From Callorhinchus milii (Eukaryota), in NCBI RefSeq assembly GCF_018977255.1, contig NW_024704742.1:75022001-75086000 (forward strand): a stretch of 64,000 bases of DNA, written 5' to 3'. The position numbers and the translations under genes are program-made. Numbering within the stretch: the first letter of the stretch is position 1; every line of letters starts with the position of its first letter. Positions 25,031 to 37,500 of this stretch are shown in pieces. The notes beneath the pieces were generated by a model. That model did not search any database. It was given only the letters and a program-made list of their open reading frames with translations, and was not told where the DNA came from.

Positions 25031-25849
25031 TTTAGTAAATCTCGTTCCAAAGTCTGTTGGTCAGGGACCAGATATTAAAGACAAAGGAGAATGAACTGGT
25101 TTGGTGAGTTTGAGAGAGAGGTTGGAGAAGATAGGGGGAAATTCCACCTGAGCCCAGATTTGTTCAATTTTTGCAGCATTTCAGAACATCAATTTATCGA
25201 ATTCTTATATACAACTTTAATTTATTTCATTTTTCTGTAATACTTTTTAAGAACGTACCTTCTTTTAAAAACTTACAGGGTTGCCTTCCACAATACATTA
25301 GGTGGACAGGTTATGTTCCCGCCTCATGAAAATCAAGGACAAAAATAAACTTAATGCCCTGGCTTTCCTCCTTGTTTTTCAGATATTTGGACCTCGAGAT
25401 CAAGGTGGCTGACACATCCCAATTGTCCTGTAAAGGTCCTCCCACCACCCTGAAGACAGATGTCCACCAGATAGCTGATGAGTAAACTTTGAGGCTTGGG
25501 ATGACAGCTTCTTAAGGTGTTATATGGAGTCCGAGTTCGTGAACACACATTTGTACATCCAGCGCCTGGAATCCACCTTGATTGGCCTGCAGAGAGGCAA
25601 GTAGCTGCTGCTTAAACTTTGCACCTCCAATTGGTGGAACCGTTGCTCAAAGGGAAGGGAAGTGTGCCTGAGCTGCGGACAGGAAGATAGTGGCAATGAT
25701 CTCACACATTGTGGTGTTGCCCACCAGGAAGCTTGCAGGGAGTTGCTGGTACCTATCATCCACCTAGGGAGGGCTCAAACCGCGCTTGTCGGATGTCAAA
25801 CAACCAACTAGTGACTATTTCTCTGGGGGGGGGGGTGCTGTGGGGAGGC

Positions 25850-26690
25850 TGACCTGGCTCTAAGATGACATGTTGGCAATGGAATATCGGAATCAAGCCA
25901 GCCCTTTGCGGCAGTCTCTAGTCCGGTTCCTGAGCCATGCTGGTCTGCAGTATTCCAGGGCACTGCTGATGACAGCACAGCCAGCCTGGCTCATCAGCAC
26001 AACCTGGAAGGGCAGATCAGTGACTGGGGGCAGGGAATCATCCCACTCAGCTCCTGTTAACCCTGCAAGCCAAAGCCCTAACAGATTGGGTGGTCCTAGC
26101 TGGACAAGCAGTGGGAAAGCTTGCTGGACAGCGATATTAATGGCAAGTTAAAACGCAAACTACTGCAGCTGCTGGAAATCTGAAACAAGAACAGAGATCG
26201 CTGGGAACACTCAGCAGGTCAGACAGCATCTATAGGGAAAGGAAAGTTAGTCAACCTTTCGGGTCCATGACCCTCCAAGAGAATCAAACCAGCGTCTGAC
26301 AAAGGGTCATGGACCCACATTCCTTTTTCCATAGATGCTGCCTGACCTGCTGAGTGTTCCCAGCGATCACAGTTTTTGTTTCAATAGAAAGCTACACAGT
26401 TTTAGTTGGTTAGACTCCAGCAGTACCCCCATTGCACATTTTGGGGTCCTCAAGTTTTGGCTCTTGCTACCCTGTGCCTAATACTTCCCAGAATTAGTTG
26501 AGCAGGATGCGTCCCTCCAGGGGGAGAGTGTGCATTCCATTCCAACGATCTATCTCTGGAATCTCCACATGTAGGTGGGATGCATGGAAATCTCAGTTTG
26601 GTTTGGATACTCTTAAGCATGGTGATGGGTTTCAGCATGTGTCAGACACCCGGATGACCCAAAACAAATTCAGATATTGAATCAGGAACG
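25850..26690 (+). repeat. Unclassified dispersed repeat, longest copy, interrupted by a Penelope fold-back
   Basis: Colinear with the reverse complement of 56760-57600; partial copies at 9605 and 41715. Confidence 0.85.
26150..26384. mobile_element. Penelope pseudo-LTR fold-back (inverted pair, no ORF)
   Basis: The left arm matches 6147-6275. The right arm (26296-26384) is its reverse complement with a small deletion. Confidence 0.9.
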
Positions 26691-27214
26691 TACTGTGTAC
26701 ATCTGCCATGCCATCATACAGTGCCATCAAGGAGACTGGTTAAAGCTATCCATAACCTCGGCAACCTCCATGTGATTAGGTCGCCACTGACATGACTTCC
26801 TATAAGCTTGATCGTGTGCACTTCCTGTAAGTTGAATCATTTTAGCACTGCCAACATCACTTCCTGCATGCTTTCCAGTGCCTTGGGACGTCCTCCCGAC
26901 GTGAAAGGTGCTATACAAATATAATTTTATTGTTGTTTGTTTGTTGTTTGACGTGCTAAAAGCAGCTCTGACATTGCAACTTCCTTGAAAAGGCATCAGT
27001 GGTTTTCTGCAAATTAACTTATTTATCTTATGCAGTATGCAAGACATGATTTTAGCAGTAACCTGATAACCCAGAAGCCGGACATTTTTTCCACCATGCT
27101 GGATCTGGACAGTGCGATTTTAATTTTTAGGTCAGGGTCATGTCAGGGTCCACAACCTAATTGCATTATTATCTAAATCCACTTTATAGAAAGGCACATT
27201 ATAATGTAAATAAT

Positions 27215-27480
27215 TAAATAATAATAATCCTTGCTTTTGATATACCATCTTATCATGTCTTTGAGACATTAAAGTCCTTCACAGAATATACTGTAAAGTG
27301 AATTGATTGTATATTTTGCAGATGAAACGCGGCAGTCAATTGCACACAGCATTGTCCCACAAACAGTTGTGGATTGAGTGACGACATTGTTATTTTTAGA
27401 AACAAATATTTTTTGGAAGGGATTATTACCCCCAGAATGCAATCTGACAATCGACTAACAACCGGGTTGCTATTTATTGC
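27215..27480 (-). mobile_element. SINE (long subfamily), head missing
   Basis: Tail plus gtcccacaaacagttgtggattgagtgac and aatcgactaacaaccgg. Confidence 0.85.
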
Positions 27481-28710
27481 TAATGATAATAATATTATTA
27501 TTAAAAACAATATTAGATAATAATAATAGATGTTCTGTAGTTCCAAGATACTAGATGAAATTTATCACATTTCACACCCAGATTTAATAAAATAGAAGGT
27601 GTGATGTGATAATCAATTCAATCTAATGAAATGGTACAAATTTAACCCCTATATTTCTTTTCCTTCTGATGTGAGGTGAAATACTAATTATCACAGCGAG
27701 TGCCAATACATTAGGTGTGACATTGGCACCAACGTAAATAAACTTGACAACAGGAGAATTTAACTTGTATCTTCAAGTCAAAGAATATACTTATTAGTGA
27801 ATTATTTATGAATTAGCCAATACACTTTACAGTATATTCTGTGAAGCGCTTTAAGATGTCTTGAAGACATGATAAGGCGCTATAATAAATGCAAGTATTA
27901 TTGTTGTTAATAAAAATCCTTGCATTTGATATAGTCTATTTTATTAAGATTCTCTAAGTGTTTCACAGCAATTACTGTTAAATGTTGCGTATTTGTAGGT
28001 GAACAGCAGCCAATTTGTGCAGTATAATGCCCACAAACAGTCAGGAGGTGAACGATCAATTTAACTGTCCAGGATACTGAAGAGAAATTCCTGAAGCAAA
28101 TTAACATGAATCTGAACAGACACCCAAGACCTCATCTTATTTCTCACCTAAAGGACATCACCTCTAGAATGCTATTTCTGGTTCTATGAGCTCAAAAAAT
28201 CCTGATACAGGAGGTGAAGCCACAATTTTCTGAAACTGGGAAGCGAGAGTGCCACCAGCTGAGTCAGGCTAACACACATATATTCTCAGCCGAAGTAAAG
28301 AACATGTTAATATGCTCTTAAACATACCGCATCCAGAATATGACTGATCACCAAATCACTTACATGATGTGCAAAGGAACATTTACATGAAGATGTATGA
28401 TATTAAAAGCTGCGAAAGCCAGTGAGTGTTCAGAGAAGCATTAGAATTTAAAGTGGGTTATAGTAGTCAAGTGCCAAGAGTTTTCTATGTTTGTATTCAA
28501 TTATCCTGTTTTACATGGTGAAAGTGATGTTGATAGTCCATCAGGCCATTTAAATACATTGTAGCAAGATTTTTCGGTATGAGATATAAAGTGTTTCCAG
28601 ACTTGCTTTATTTCAAAAACTGCAGGTTCAGCCAATTAAAGGGCTGGTTTCATAGTATGAATGTCATAGTATTTGCAACTGTTAGCAGAAACAAGATTAA
28701 TAGTACTTAC

Positions 28711-31700
28711 CAAAACAGCTGCACGCTGGGACATCATATTGGATCTTTTTAGGAGTATCCAGTAAACTTTTTATAGGAGTGTCTAAAAATTTCAAGGGTG
28801 ACTCAAGAAAGTTACTTAAAGTGGATTCTGGTCGCTTCTTTGTTGGTGTGGCTTCAGTGGAAGAGCTGGTCTGTTGTGCTGAGGTGCAGTCACCACCCAT
28901 ATCTGATTCAAAGTGTGCAGTGGTAGACAAAACAGTCACAGGACCTGAAGTTTCAACTTTCACCTGCTTAGGTGACTTTATAACGCATGTTTGCCGTTCA
29001 AACGGTGATGAAAGCTGATACTGTTTGAAACGCTGCTCTAGTGCTTCGATGATGCTCCTTTCTTGTTGCTGATGCTCGAAATTAAAATGTTGGCTCTGAT
29101 GTTCGATAGGGTTCACCTCCAGCTCACTTTGCAGATGGAGCATGGAGGATGGTATTGGTAATCCTTCCTCTACCTTGATGGGTTTTTGCAGGTCTTTGAA
29201 AGCCTGCATTCTTTGTTGGTACATTTTCCTTTCTTGCTGTTGTAATAAGTGAGAATTAAGTGCTGCATGTTTTTTAAATTCCTCTTCATTCTGGATGCTG
29301 GGTGGGTACTGACGGTATCGTGGATTGAGAAATGTGCCTTTCATTGGCACTGCGTGCCGGTTATGTGGGGCTGCATTTCTCTGTTCCATCTTGTGGGAAG
29401 TATCTTGTTGGCTCAAACCATGTTGTATTTGTGAATGTTGCTGATGCATCAGCCGCTGCTGTGTCTGTTGAATAACAGACATATGGTGCGCTTGCTGCTG
29501 TAACTGTTGAACCTGTTCTTGGGATTGGCTTTGTACTGAATCCTGTTGATCGTTTGGAACTTGATGCAAATCGTTATTAGGTTTGTGGAGATCTTGTGTA
29601 ATGGTGTTCTCTGACCTGTAAAATGTGTCTGCTTTCTCTGGTATAGTCTCTATATTGTGACAATATGCAGGAACTAGTTTACTGAACTGAGTCTCAATAC
29701 GTTTTCTGTGAATGGAACTGTTAGCGAATATACCATAAGGCTGGTCCTGTTGTTGCTGCAAGATGTGAGATTGGTGGCAGTAATTCGATATTTCCCCTTG
29801 TTTTTCTGTTTTGATAAACTTCACTGGTTTTATAATCTGACTATATTGCTGCTCTGTGCCACATTGATACTGAGGTTCACGATATTCACAAGTTTGTGCA
29901 GCATTTGGATTGGGATCTTGAACTTGCTGTTGGTGAATGGTTGGCAGTTTCTCATGTTGGTTTGGGCCGTACTGATACCGTACATTCTGCCCTGCTTGTA
30001 TCTGTGCCATTTGTTCCTGTGTTAGTGCATTTTGCTGTAAGTGCCACTGTTTTGTTTGGGGTTTAAGGATAACCAGATTGTGTTGATCTTGCTGCTGAGG
30101 AACTGAATGTGGGCGGCATTGAACCATTTTTTGCAGAACTAATTTGTTTTCTATCATATTGTCAGTTTTATCCTGGTTTAGCTGCAGCAACTGCTGCGGC
30201 GCAGACTGTGGACGATATTGATGGACCATTTGCATCTGTGATTTTGGTTGTGTCAAGGACTGTGCTTCCTCCTGCTGAGTTTGTGATGATTGTTTTTGAA
30301 GTTGCTGTAGTTGAACTCCTCTTGGCTCAGCATCAGTTGTTTGACTATTGCTGCACAGTTTTGATATTTCTTCGTGTTTGGTTAAGTATTGCAGCTGAGC
30401 AGGTGAGTCCTGTTTTGGTGAAATCTGCATTGGCCATTGAAGCTGATGCTGTAAATTCAAAGGCAGTGAGCCTCTCCACTCGTGGGAAAAAACCTCTGTG
30501 GTTTCCGACAGAGATGCAATTTCTTGGGGCTGTGATTCACCCCATGAGGAACATTTATCCTGAGCATCTTGCACTTGCTTATACTGTCTCAGTTGCTGAA
30601 TCTGTCTTTGCCGGTGGAGTTGTAGCCATGCCTCATGTATAAGTGTCTGGTTATGTGCTGGTGGTTCAATTGATTGCTGAATTGGATGTCTTACTGCCGC
30701 CTCAGCACAGTGCTGTTGTGTTATATTCGGAGAGGAAGCTATCATACAATTTCTTGTCATATCAGGTTGTTCAGGTTCTTGTTTGCACGGGATTTCCACT
30801 TGAGTATTTTCCGGCTTTACAGACTCAGTATGATTTGTTTGGTCTGATGACCGTCTGACATCAGACAAGTCTGGCTCCCGTGTAATATTATTGATTCTCT
30901 TGCAGTGCTCTGTGGTACTGGCGTTGGTTTGGTTGGAGTTTAAGGTCACTGTCGCTGCACTTTGTGCTGGACTTTCTGATCTGGATATAGCACCAAGGTC
31001 GTTAATGTAGTTAGTTTTATTCCTGCTATAAAATAGGTCAGTTGTTTCTGGCATCTGTGTGGAACACATTGTGGTTGGGATGCTGTTAGGTATCTGTAAA
31101 CAATTCATAGATACTGCAGAATAACGTTGACTGGGTACCTGCCCTGCATAGCTCTGTGGCTCTTGTTTTTTATTCACTGGAGCACTGTGTAAATTGTGTT
31201 GAGGTTGCTGGAGCTGCCCTTCTGTTTTGAATGTATGTATTGTTTTGAATGCAGGTGATACACTGTAGTTTTGAGTGACCAGTCTCTCTACGGTCATTTC
31301 AGTTGGCACTTGAGGCTGTGCAGAAGTGGAGGTCCATGTAGATACAGTCAGCCCTGAGGTATGGGGTGGCTGAGTCATCCTGTGAGACAACTCAGCAATG
31401 GCCTGATTTCTTCTGGTGTATTCATGAGATGCAATGTTTTGCTGTTCAATCAACACTTGCTCTGGGTAAGACAGGGGCAGTGTTTTGTCTCGGAAACCAT
31501 CTTGCTGGATTTCTATAAAAGGCGAAGAGCCTGTAGCACCATTTGAAACTGACAATTGTTTGCTTCTGAGTAGGGAGAAAATATCTCCATTCTTATAACT
31601 GGCATTTTTTGTTTCCACTTTGCTGTGTTCATTCTGTTGCTGTAGATCAGGATATCCAGGATCTTCACAGTCATAACCTGGAGCCTTTACAGCACCTGAC

Positions 31701-32128
31701 CATTTCTCTCCTTCAAAGTCCCATAGCTGGTCTTCTTCTAAATCAGGGTCTTGTCCATTTGATTCTTCATCCAACTTGATTTTCTTGGGTTGCTGAAGGC
31801 CACAGGAAGATGATTCACTGAGAACATGTTTGATAGCTCCATTCTGCAGGCATTTGGGAAATTCTGTCTTCTCTTGCTTAGCTTCAGGGTTATGAAACTT
31901 TTCCTCATTGCCCTGTGCATGGCTGTCCACATAATTGCTTTTGACAGTGCCCCGTTTAAAATCACCATTGACCTGTTGTTGCACTACTGCTGGCAGCTGG
32001 TGAACTTTTTCTCCATTTTCAATTTTAATTGACAAGCATTCAGTATGATGTTCCTGTGGATGATAATGGATTGATAACACGGGACTCAGTCTCTTGTCCT
32101 CAGCATGACTGGCTCTATCCTGTTCCAT
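28711..32128 (-). CDS. tet2: TET2 large first coding exon (equivalent to human exon 3); Gln/Ser-rich N-terminal region up to the first Zn-binding CxC
   Basis: Lies within the 1199-aa ORF 28697-32296. The start [16 protein letters not shown] resembles human MEQDRTNHVEGNRLSP. Conserved blocks include [34 protein letters not shown] and [28 protein letters not shown]. Acceptor tttccag| precedes 32173; donor G|gtaagt follows 28711. The 3418 coding nt end in phase 1. Confidence 0.97.
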
Positions 32129-32173
32129 CTGGTCTGCTTGGGGGCCATCCACAAGGCTACCCACAGAATGTAT
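32129..32173 (-). other. tet2: 45-nt exon segment upstream of the tet2 ATG (5' UTR or in-frame N-terminal extension)
   Basis: Polypyrimidine tract and AG (ttttctttacctctttccag) are followed by ATACATTCTGTGGGTAGCCTTGTGGATGGCCCCCAAGCAGACCAG-ATG, with no in-frame stop. Confidence 0.85.
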
Positions 32174-32534
32174 CTGGAAAGAGGTAAAGAAAAATAAAAC
32201 ATTCTTTTCCATGGCTAAACAGTTGATAATATTTCTTAAGTAGCAAAATGGAACCATCTGTGTAACATACTGTGTCCCGCACATGGTGATACTCAAAACT
32301 ACATTTGCAATGGTTAACTAAACATTTTATATCAGGAATAAGACATTTCAATATTATTTCTCTTATGAGCACTTTATACTTTACAGCTGCAATGTTAAAT
32401 ATTTATATTGGGAGCTATTTGCAGTGTTCTTTAAGAGATAAGGAACAGGGTCTGCAAAGTAATTCTATTAAAAAAATTATCTTAAAAGGCAGCATATATG
32501 TGCAGATGTTACGTCATATGCTCAAAAATCAGAA

Positions 32535-32630
32535 CCGACAAAAGGTCATCGACTTGAAACGTTAACTCACTTTCCTCTCTTCATAAATGCTGTCTGACCT
32601 GCTGAGTGTTCCCAGCGACTTCTGTTTTCA
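32535..32630 (+). mobile_element. Solo Penelope pseudo-LTR fragment
   Basis: ccgacaaaaggtcatcgacttgaaacgttaact...gacctgctgagtgttcccagcg. Confidence 0.85.
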
Positions 32631-32669
32631 TTCCTTCAAACTTCACATTTATGCTCTAATCATCTCACC

Positions 32670-33290
32670 TTACCCAATAACATTACCTGCCTCTGCCACT
32701 ACCTCTCCTCTTGGGCTGCCGAGACCCTAATCCATGCTTTCAACGCATCCAGGCTAGATTACCTCAATTGTCTGCTCGCTGGACTACCTGCCTCTTTCTT
32801 CCCTTCAAAAGTTGCAAATTATCCAGAACTCTTCAGTCCATGTCCTCTCCTGAATTAAGCTCTGCGAGCCAATCACCCCCTTCCTCACCAGCTCCTCTGG
32901 CTCTCCATCCCCAGCAGATCAAGTTCAAAATTAGAGTTTTATAACTTTTAACTTTTGAATCCCTCCAAGATCTTGCTCCACCCTACCTCTGCGACCCTAT
33001 CATACGCTACAAACCTGGCTTCTCCCTCTGCTTAGTGGGCACCTGCCCCACCATCGGTGGTCAGACTTCCAGGGTACCTACTCCCTCTCTGGAACTCCAT
33101 CCTAGAGCCTCCTTGAAGATCCGCCTCAAGACCTTCCTCTTTGACAGTGTTTTCAGCCATCCTTCACCCTCCCTCCGTCCCCCCACTCCGGCCTCCAGGC
33201 CTAGCTTGGGGACAAATCTGGACAGTCCAGTGTCTTGGGACATCCTTCTGATGTGAAAGGTGCTTTTTATAAATGTCAACTTGTATTGTT
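32670..33290 (+). mobile_element. Old L2 3' fragment
   Basis: gctgccgagaccctaatccatgctttc; tail gggacatccttctgatgtgaaagg. Confidence 0.8.
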
Positions 33291-36200
33291 CACTCAAAGC
33301 AAATACATTACTGATGTTGTATTATGATGTGTATAAGTGTTGGTGTGAATACCAGACCAATTCATCATAAACTGGGCACATCTCAATTTTTCTTTTTCTA
33401 AATATTGTTCTGCAGGAAAATATTAATTGATTAAATCAGGCCTTGGTTCTTTGTTTCACAGATGGATTACTGTCAGTTAGAACTAGGTCATTTTAAAGAA
33501 TTAACCTGTGAATTTTAATAATCATTTCTTTTAAAAATGGTCCCATTTACTAAAATTGTATGACCACCTTTAGCCTATTCCAAGGAGCAGATGCAGGCTG
33601 TATTAAGAAATAATCTGGGCTGGGGGTGAGAAGTTATCTGTAGAAGGTAGGAGGTAAGGCTTGAATATTAGAGTTGTGGGAATGGATTCATAGTTGGGTC
33701 TTTAAAGGGAAGATTATGCTTTTGTTCTATGACTTTTGTGGATCAGGTAGGATAATTGCTGAATTTGGTCTCAGGACATAGAAATTGGTTAACTGAAGTC
33801 AATGATAGGCTAGGGTTTGTGCGATCTGTGAAAGGAGCAGACTTAATAACAATAGTAATCCTTACATTTGATATTATGGCTTTCATGCCCGGAGGACATC
33901 TCAAAGTGCTTAACAGGATATACTATAAATTGTAGTGACTGCATTTTGTAGCGAATGTAACAGGCAAATTGTTCCCTGGAGGCAAAGTGATAAAGGATAT
34001 AGTAGTGATGGAAAGAGTACAGGATATGTAAAAAGAATGATAAAAGAGCTGGGAAGTCACTGTTATCAGGATAGACTGAACAGGGCCTTGGGACATCCTA
34101 CTGACATGAAAGGCGCTACACAAATGTAATTTGTTGTTTGCTGTTGATAGGTTAGACCATTGAAAAGACGTCTGAGAGACCCACTTTCCATTCCTTATGT
34201 TGAAACATTGAATTAAAGGGGCCCTTTGAGCAGTATTTATGATTCCTCAGTTCAAAATCTCATAATTTGTCTGAAACAGTAATAATATTGAAATAACATA
34301 TTATTATGTATCATGATAGGCTGATGTAAAACTACTGACGATAAATGTAAAGTATACAGTTTCGTACTTCCTGTGAATGCTGGCAGATGTTGCTGACATT
34401 TTAAATAAAGAGCGATATTTGTAATCCATGTGGTTGCAACTCGAGTGTACATCAGGCTGATATGGGGCTTGAGTCCTTTCATACAAATCAATGAAATTAA
34501 CCTTAATCCTTGAACTGCTCATTCTACTGTTTGTACTCCAATAGTCTACTTGATCCTACACATTTTTCTTCAAGTAAAACGCACAATTTCAAAAATTTGA
34601 AAAGGAAGCTTGTTCTAAAGAGTTGTGATTCAATTCAAACTGCAACTGAAGTATTATATTTTTTGCTTGCACAGACCTTCCAGTCAAATTTATCACCCGA
34701 TACTCCATGCAACCAGCTCATGCACCCAATTAATTCCTGTAACAGAATGTCATTCTCAGTTTCCAATTCATGATTTGTATGATGTGTAATTTCAAAACAC
34801 CCAGAATGACAAATGTTGCTATTGGAACAATTTTTTCGGAAGTGGCCTTGGTTCCTGGAAGCACCAGTGTGACCATCACTGGGAAGTGGGTTAAAATAAT
34901 AGCGTACTGTGTCATCATCACCTTGTTTAAAACATACTTTATTATCTTACAACACAAAGTACCCTAGTGCTGTACTAAATCAAAGTAATGTGAACCTGAT
35001 CTGAAATTTAAATCTCCACTTTGAAAGATCAAAATGAAAAGAGCACAGTTTGGACGACAGCTTGAATCTCAGAGTTACAGCATGGCCCGAGAATATCAAT
35101 TGCACAAAATTACAAACCGAGGTAACCCATTTCTCAGCAAAGTTTATAATTTTTTTTAAAAAAGGTAAAACAAAGCCAATAACCAAACAAGCTGCACTGT
35201 CGCATTATGAACATCTTGCATGAATGTCTCTCTCCCCATATCGCAGGTACTGCACAAGTGTGGCTCAGTACCCATCTGTTTACTTGTCTTTATGTTTCTC
35301 CCTCTGTCAGTGTCCTTGTGATAATCTCTACATGTATTACTCTTGCTCCCTCCTGTCTATCACTGGCTGACCTATCCATTGCTGACTAGCAATCTGTTAT
35401 TCTATGTCTTTCCAGTTTTTTCTCTGCTTCCCCACTCTTCCTGAAAGCAATACCTCAACCTGATGTCAGAACTATGTAATATTCACTTTTATTATGATAA
35501 ATAAAACAGCATTCAATAAAGTCTCATATAACTTGAGACTGACTATTTATTCTCTGCATTACACATCATTCACTTGCCTACTAACCTGTTGCTTCAAAAT
35601 GGACCATGAGAAGGTACATATGAATGCTGTGGAGTTGCTGCTATCCCCACCACGGCCCCGCAGAGTAGAGTGGATAGGTCTCTCACCACTTCATGTTTGC
35701 TCATCAACATCAACTAACTCTGGCAACTGCACCAAACGCTTTCTGTGTGAAAGAAAAGGTTTTCTGTAAGTTCCTGGTTTCTCATATGGTATTTCTTAGC
35801 ACCTGCACTGCTCATTTTACTCTCAGATTTCACCACACCCATCACTCAAACACCACTCTCCGGTCTGTGGAACAGACCCAACGTCTTGGTCTGAAATTGC
35901 TAGTCTATTACTGTAGAGGATGATGAAACTAATTACTAATCTTCAAGTAGATGTAAAGCCAAACCATTGATGACACTTCAGACAATTTTACCTCCTACAC
36001 ATAATTGCAATTCATTTATTCACATCATTCTATATTCATGTAACATTTGCTACAAATATAATAGGTCTGAGTAAGTACATAAATTATACGACAGACCAAG
36101 GAAATGACTGACTTTCAATATGACTCATTTGTATTTGCATTTCCTGACAGTTGCACCGTTGATACATTGACACCTGAATTGTAACAGTCAAGGATAGAAG

Positions 36201-36454
36201 GGACATCAGTTGAATAGTAAGCAGTAGACTGTGCAGAATTATTTAAACAAATTGTCCCAGTTGTAAGGTTGGAACGAGTCCCAGAAGGGGCAAAACCAAC
36301 TATTTCAAGGGGGAGAATTTCGAAGAAATTTTAGCCTTACAAACAAGGTTCCTTGCTCCAATTAACTTGGAACACTCAAACCAGCTTAGGTAAACACTAC
36401 CACTCAGCAGAAATTACAACCCTGGATGGAGGCCAAATAAATAGCAATCATCAA

Positions 36455-37320
36455 GGAGTCCTGTAGTTTAGTGGATAGAGCACTCACAAGCGAGAGCACC
36501 TGGGTTCGATTCCCAAACAGGGAGAACACAATAGCAACAACACCACCAAAATTACAATTAAAATTATAGTGACTTTCACATCAGAAGGACGTCCCAAGGA
36601 GCTGGATTTCAGACATTAGCTGGGGGTCCGGATTGGGGAGGGTGAAGGGCAAGGGCGAAGGAGGGAGACCGAAGGCACGGTCGAAGAGGAGGGTCTTGAA
36701 GGAGTCAAGGGATGGGGAGAGGTGGAGGGAGTGCGGGATGGAGTTCCAGAGGGTGGAGGCAGAGTGGCTGAAGGCCAGCCCGTCAATGGTGGAGCGGGCG
36801 AGGTGAGGGACACAAAGTAGGCTGGAGTCCTCTGAGTGGAGGTATCGGGCAGGTTGGTAGGGGGTTAGGAGGTAGCAGAGGTGGGGGAAGCAAGGCCATT
36901 AAAAGGCTTTGAATGTGAGGATCAGGATCGTGAACTGTATGGGGGACTGGGGGATGGGGAGCCATTGGAGTCGGGTGAGGATGGGGGTGATAGAGTCGCA
37001 GAACCTGGTGTGGTAGAGGACATAGACTGCAGAGTTCTGGATGATCTGCAGTCAATGAAGGGAGCAGTTGGAGAGGCCGACAAGCAGTGAGTTTACGTAT
37101 TCTGGCGGAAATCCTTCAAAACAAAAATAAATTTTAAAAAATAATAATTTGGTCACTCAATCCACAATTCTTTGTGGGACACTGCTGTGTGCAATTGGCT
37201 TCCGTGTTTCACCCACAAGATATACAGTCAATTCACTTTACAGTATATTCTGTGAAGCGCTTTGCAACGTCTTGGAACAAGTGATAAGGCGCTATATCAA
37301 ATGCAAGGATTATTATTATT
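36455..37320 (+). mobile_element. SINE split by an antisense L2 insertion (L2 about 36527-37090, minus strand)
   Basis: tRNA head at 36455-36525, then the L2 3' end on the minus strand, then SINE body and (TTA)n tail at 37105-37320. Confidence 0.8.
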
Positions 37321-37322
37321 AA

Positions 37323-37500
37323 AGCATCTATGTGTGGACATTAGGTGGGGACAAGATTGGGTTCAGCTGTTCTGTCATCGGTAGTGAAATAATTTCCTAA
37401 CATTCACTGCCCTGGGCTGATAGGTTAAGATTGATCACTTGTGAGGTACTGGAGGCCCAGCAACTGTAAAACCAGACCTCAGCAAATTCAATACCTTCAA
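37323..37500 (+). mobile_element. LF-SINE-like 3' relic
   Basis: gtgtggacattaggtggggacaagattgggttcagctgt...cacttgtgaggtactggagg...cctcagcaaattcaataccttca. Confidence 0.55.

Noticed and set aside
30109..30642. 177-aa and other + strand ORFs inside the giant exon
   Set aside because: Antisense shadows of a Gln-rich coding exon with no recognisable motif.
32174..32296. First 41 codons of the 1199-aa ORF (MSITMCG...FFFTSFQ) as the TET2 N-terminus
   Set aside because: They lie upstream of the splice acceptor and include the polypyrimidine tract, so they are intronic.
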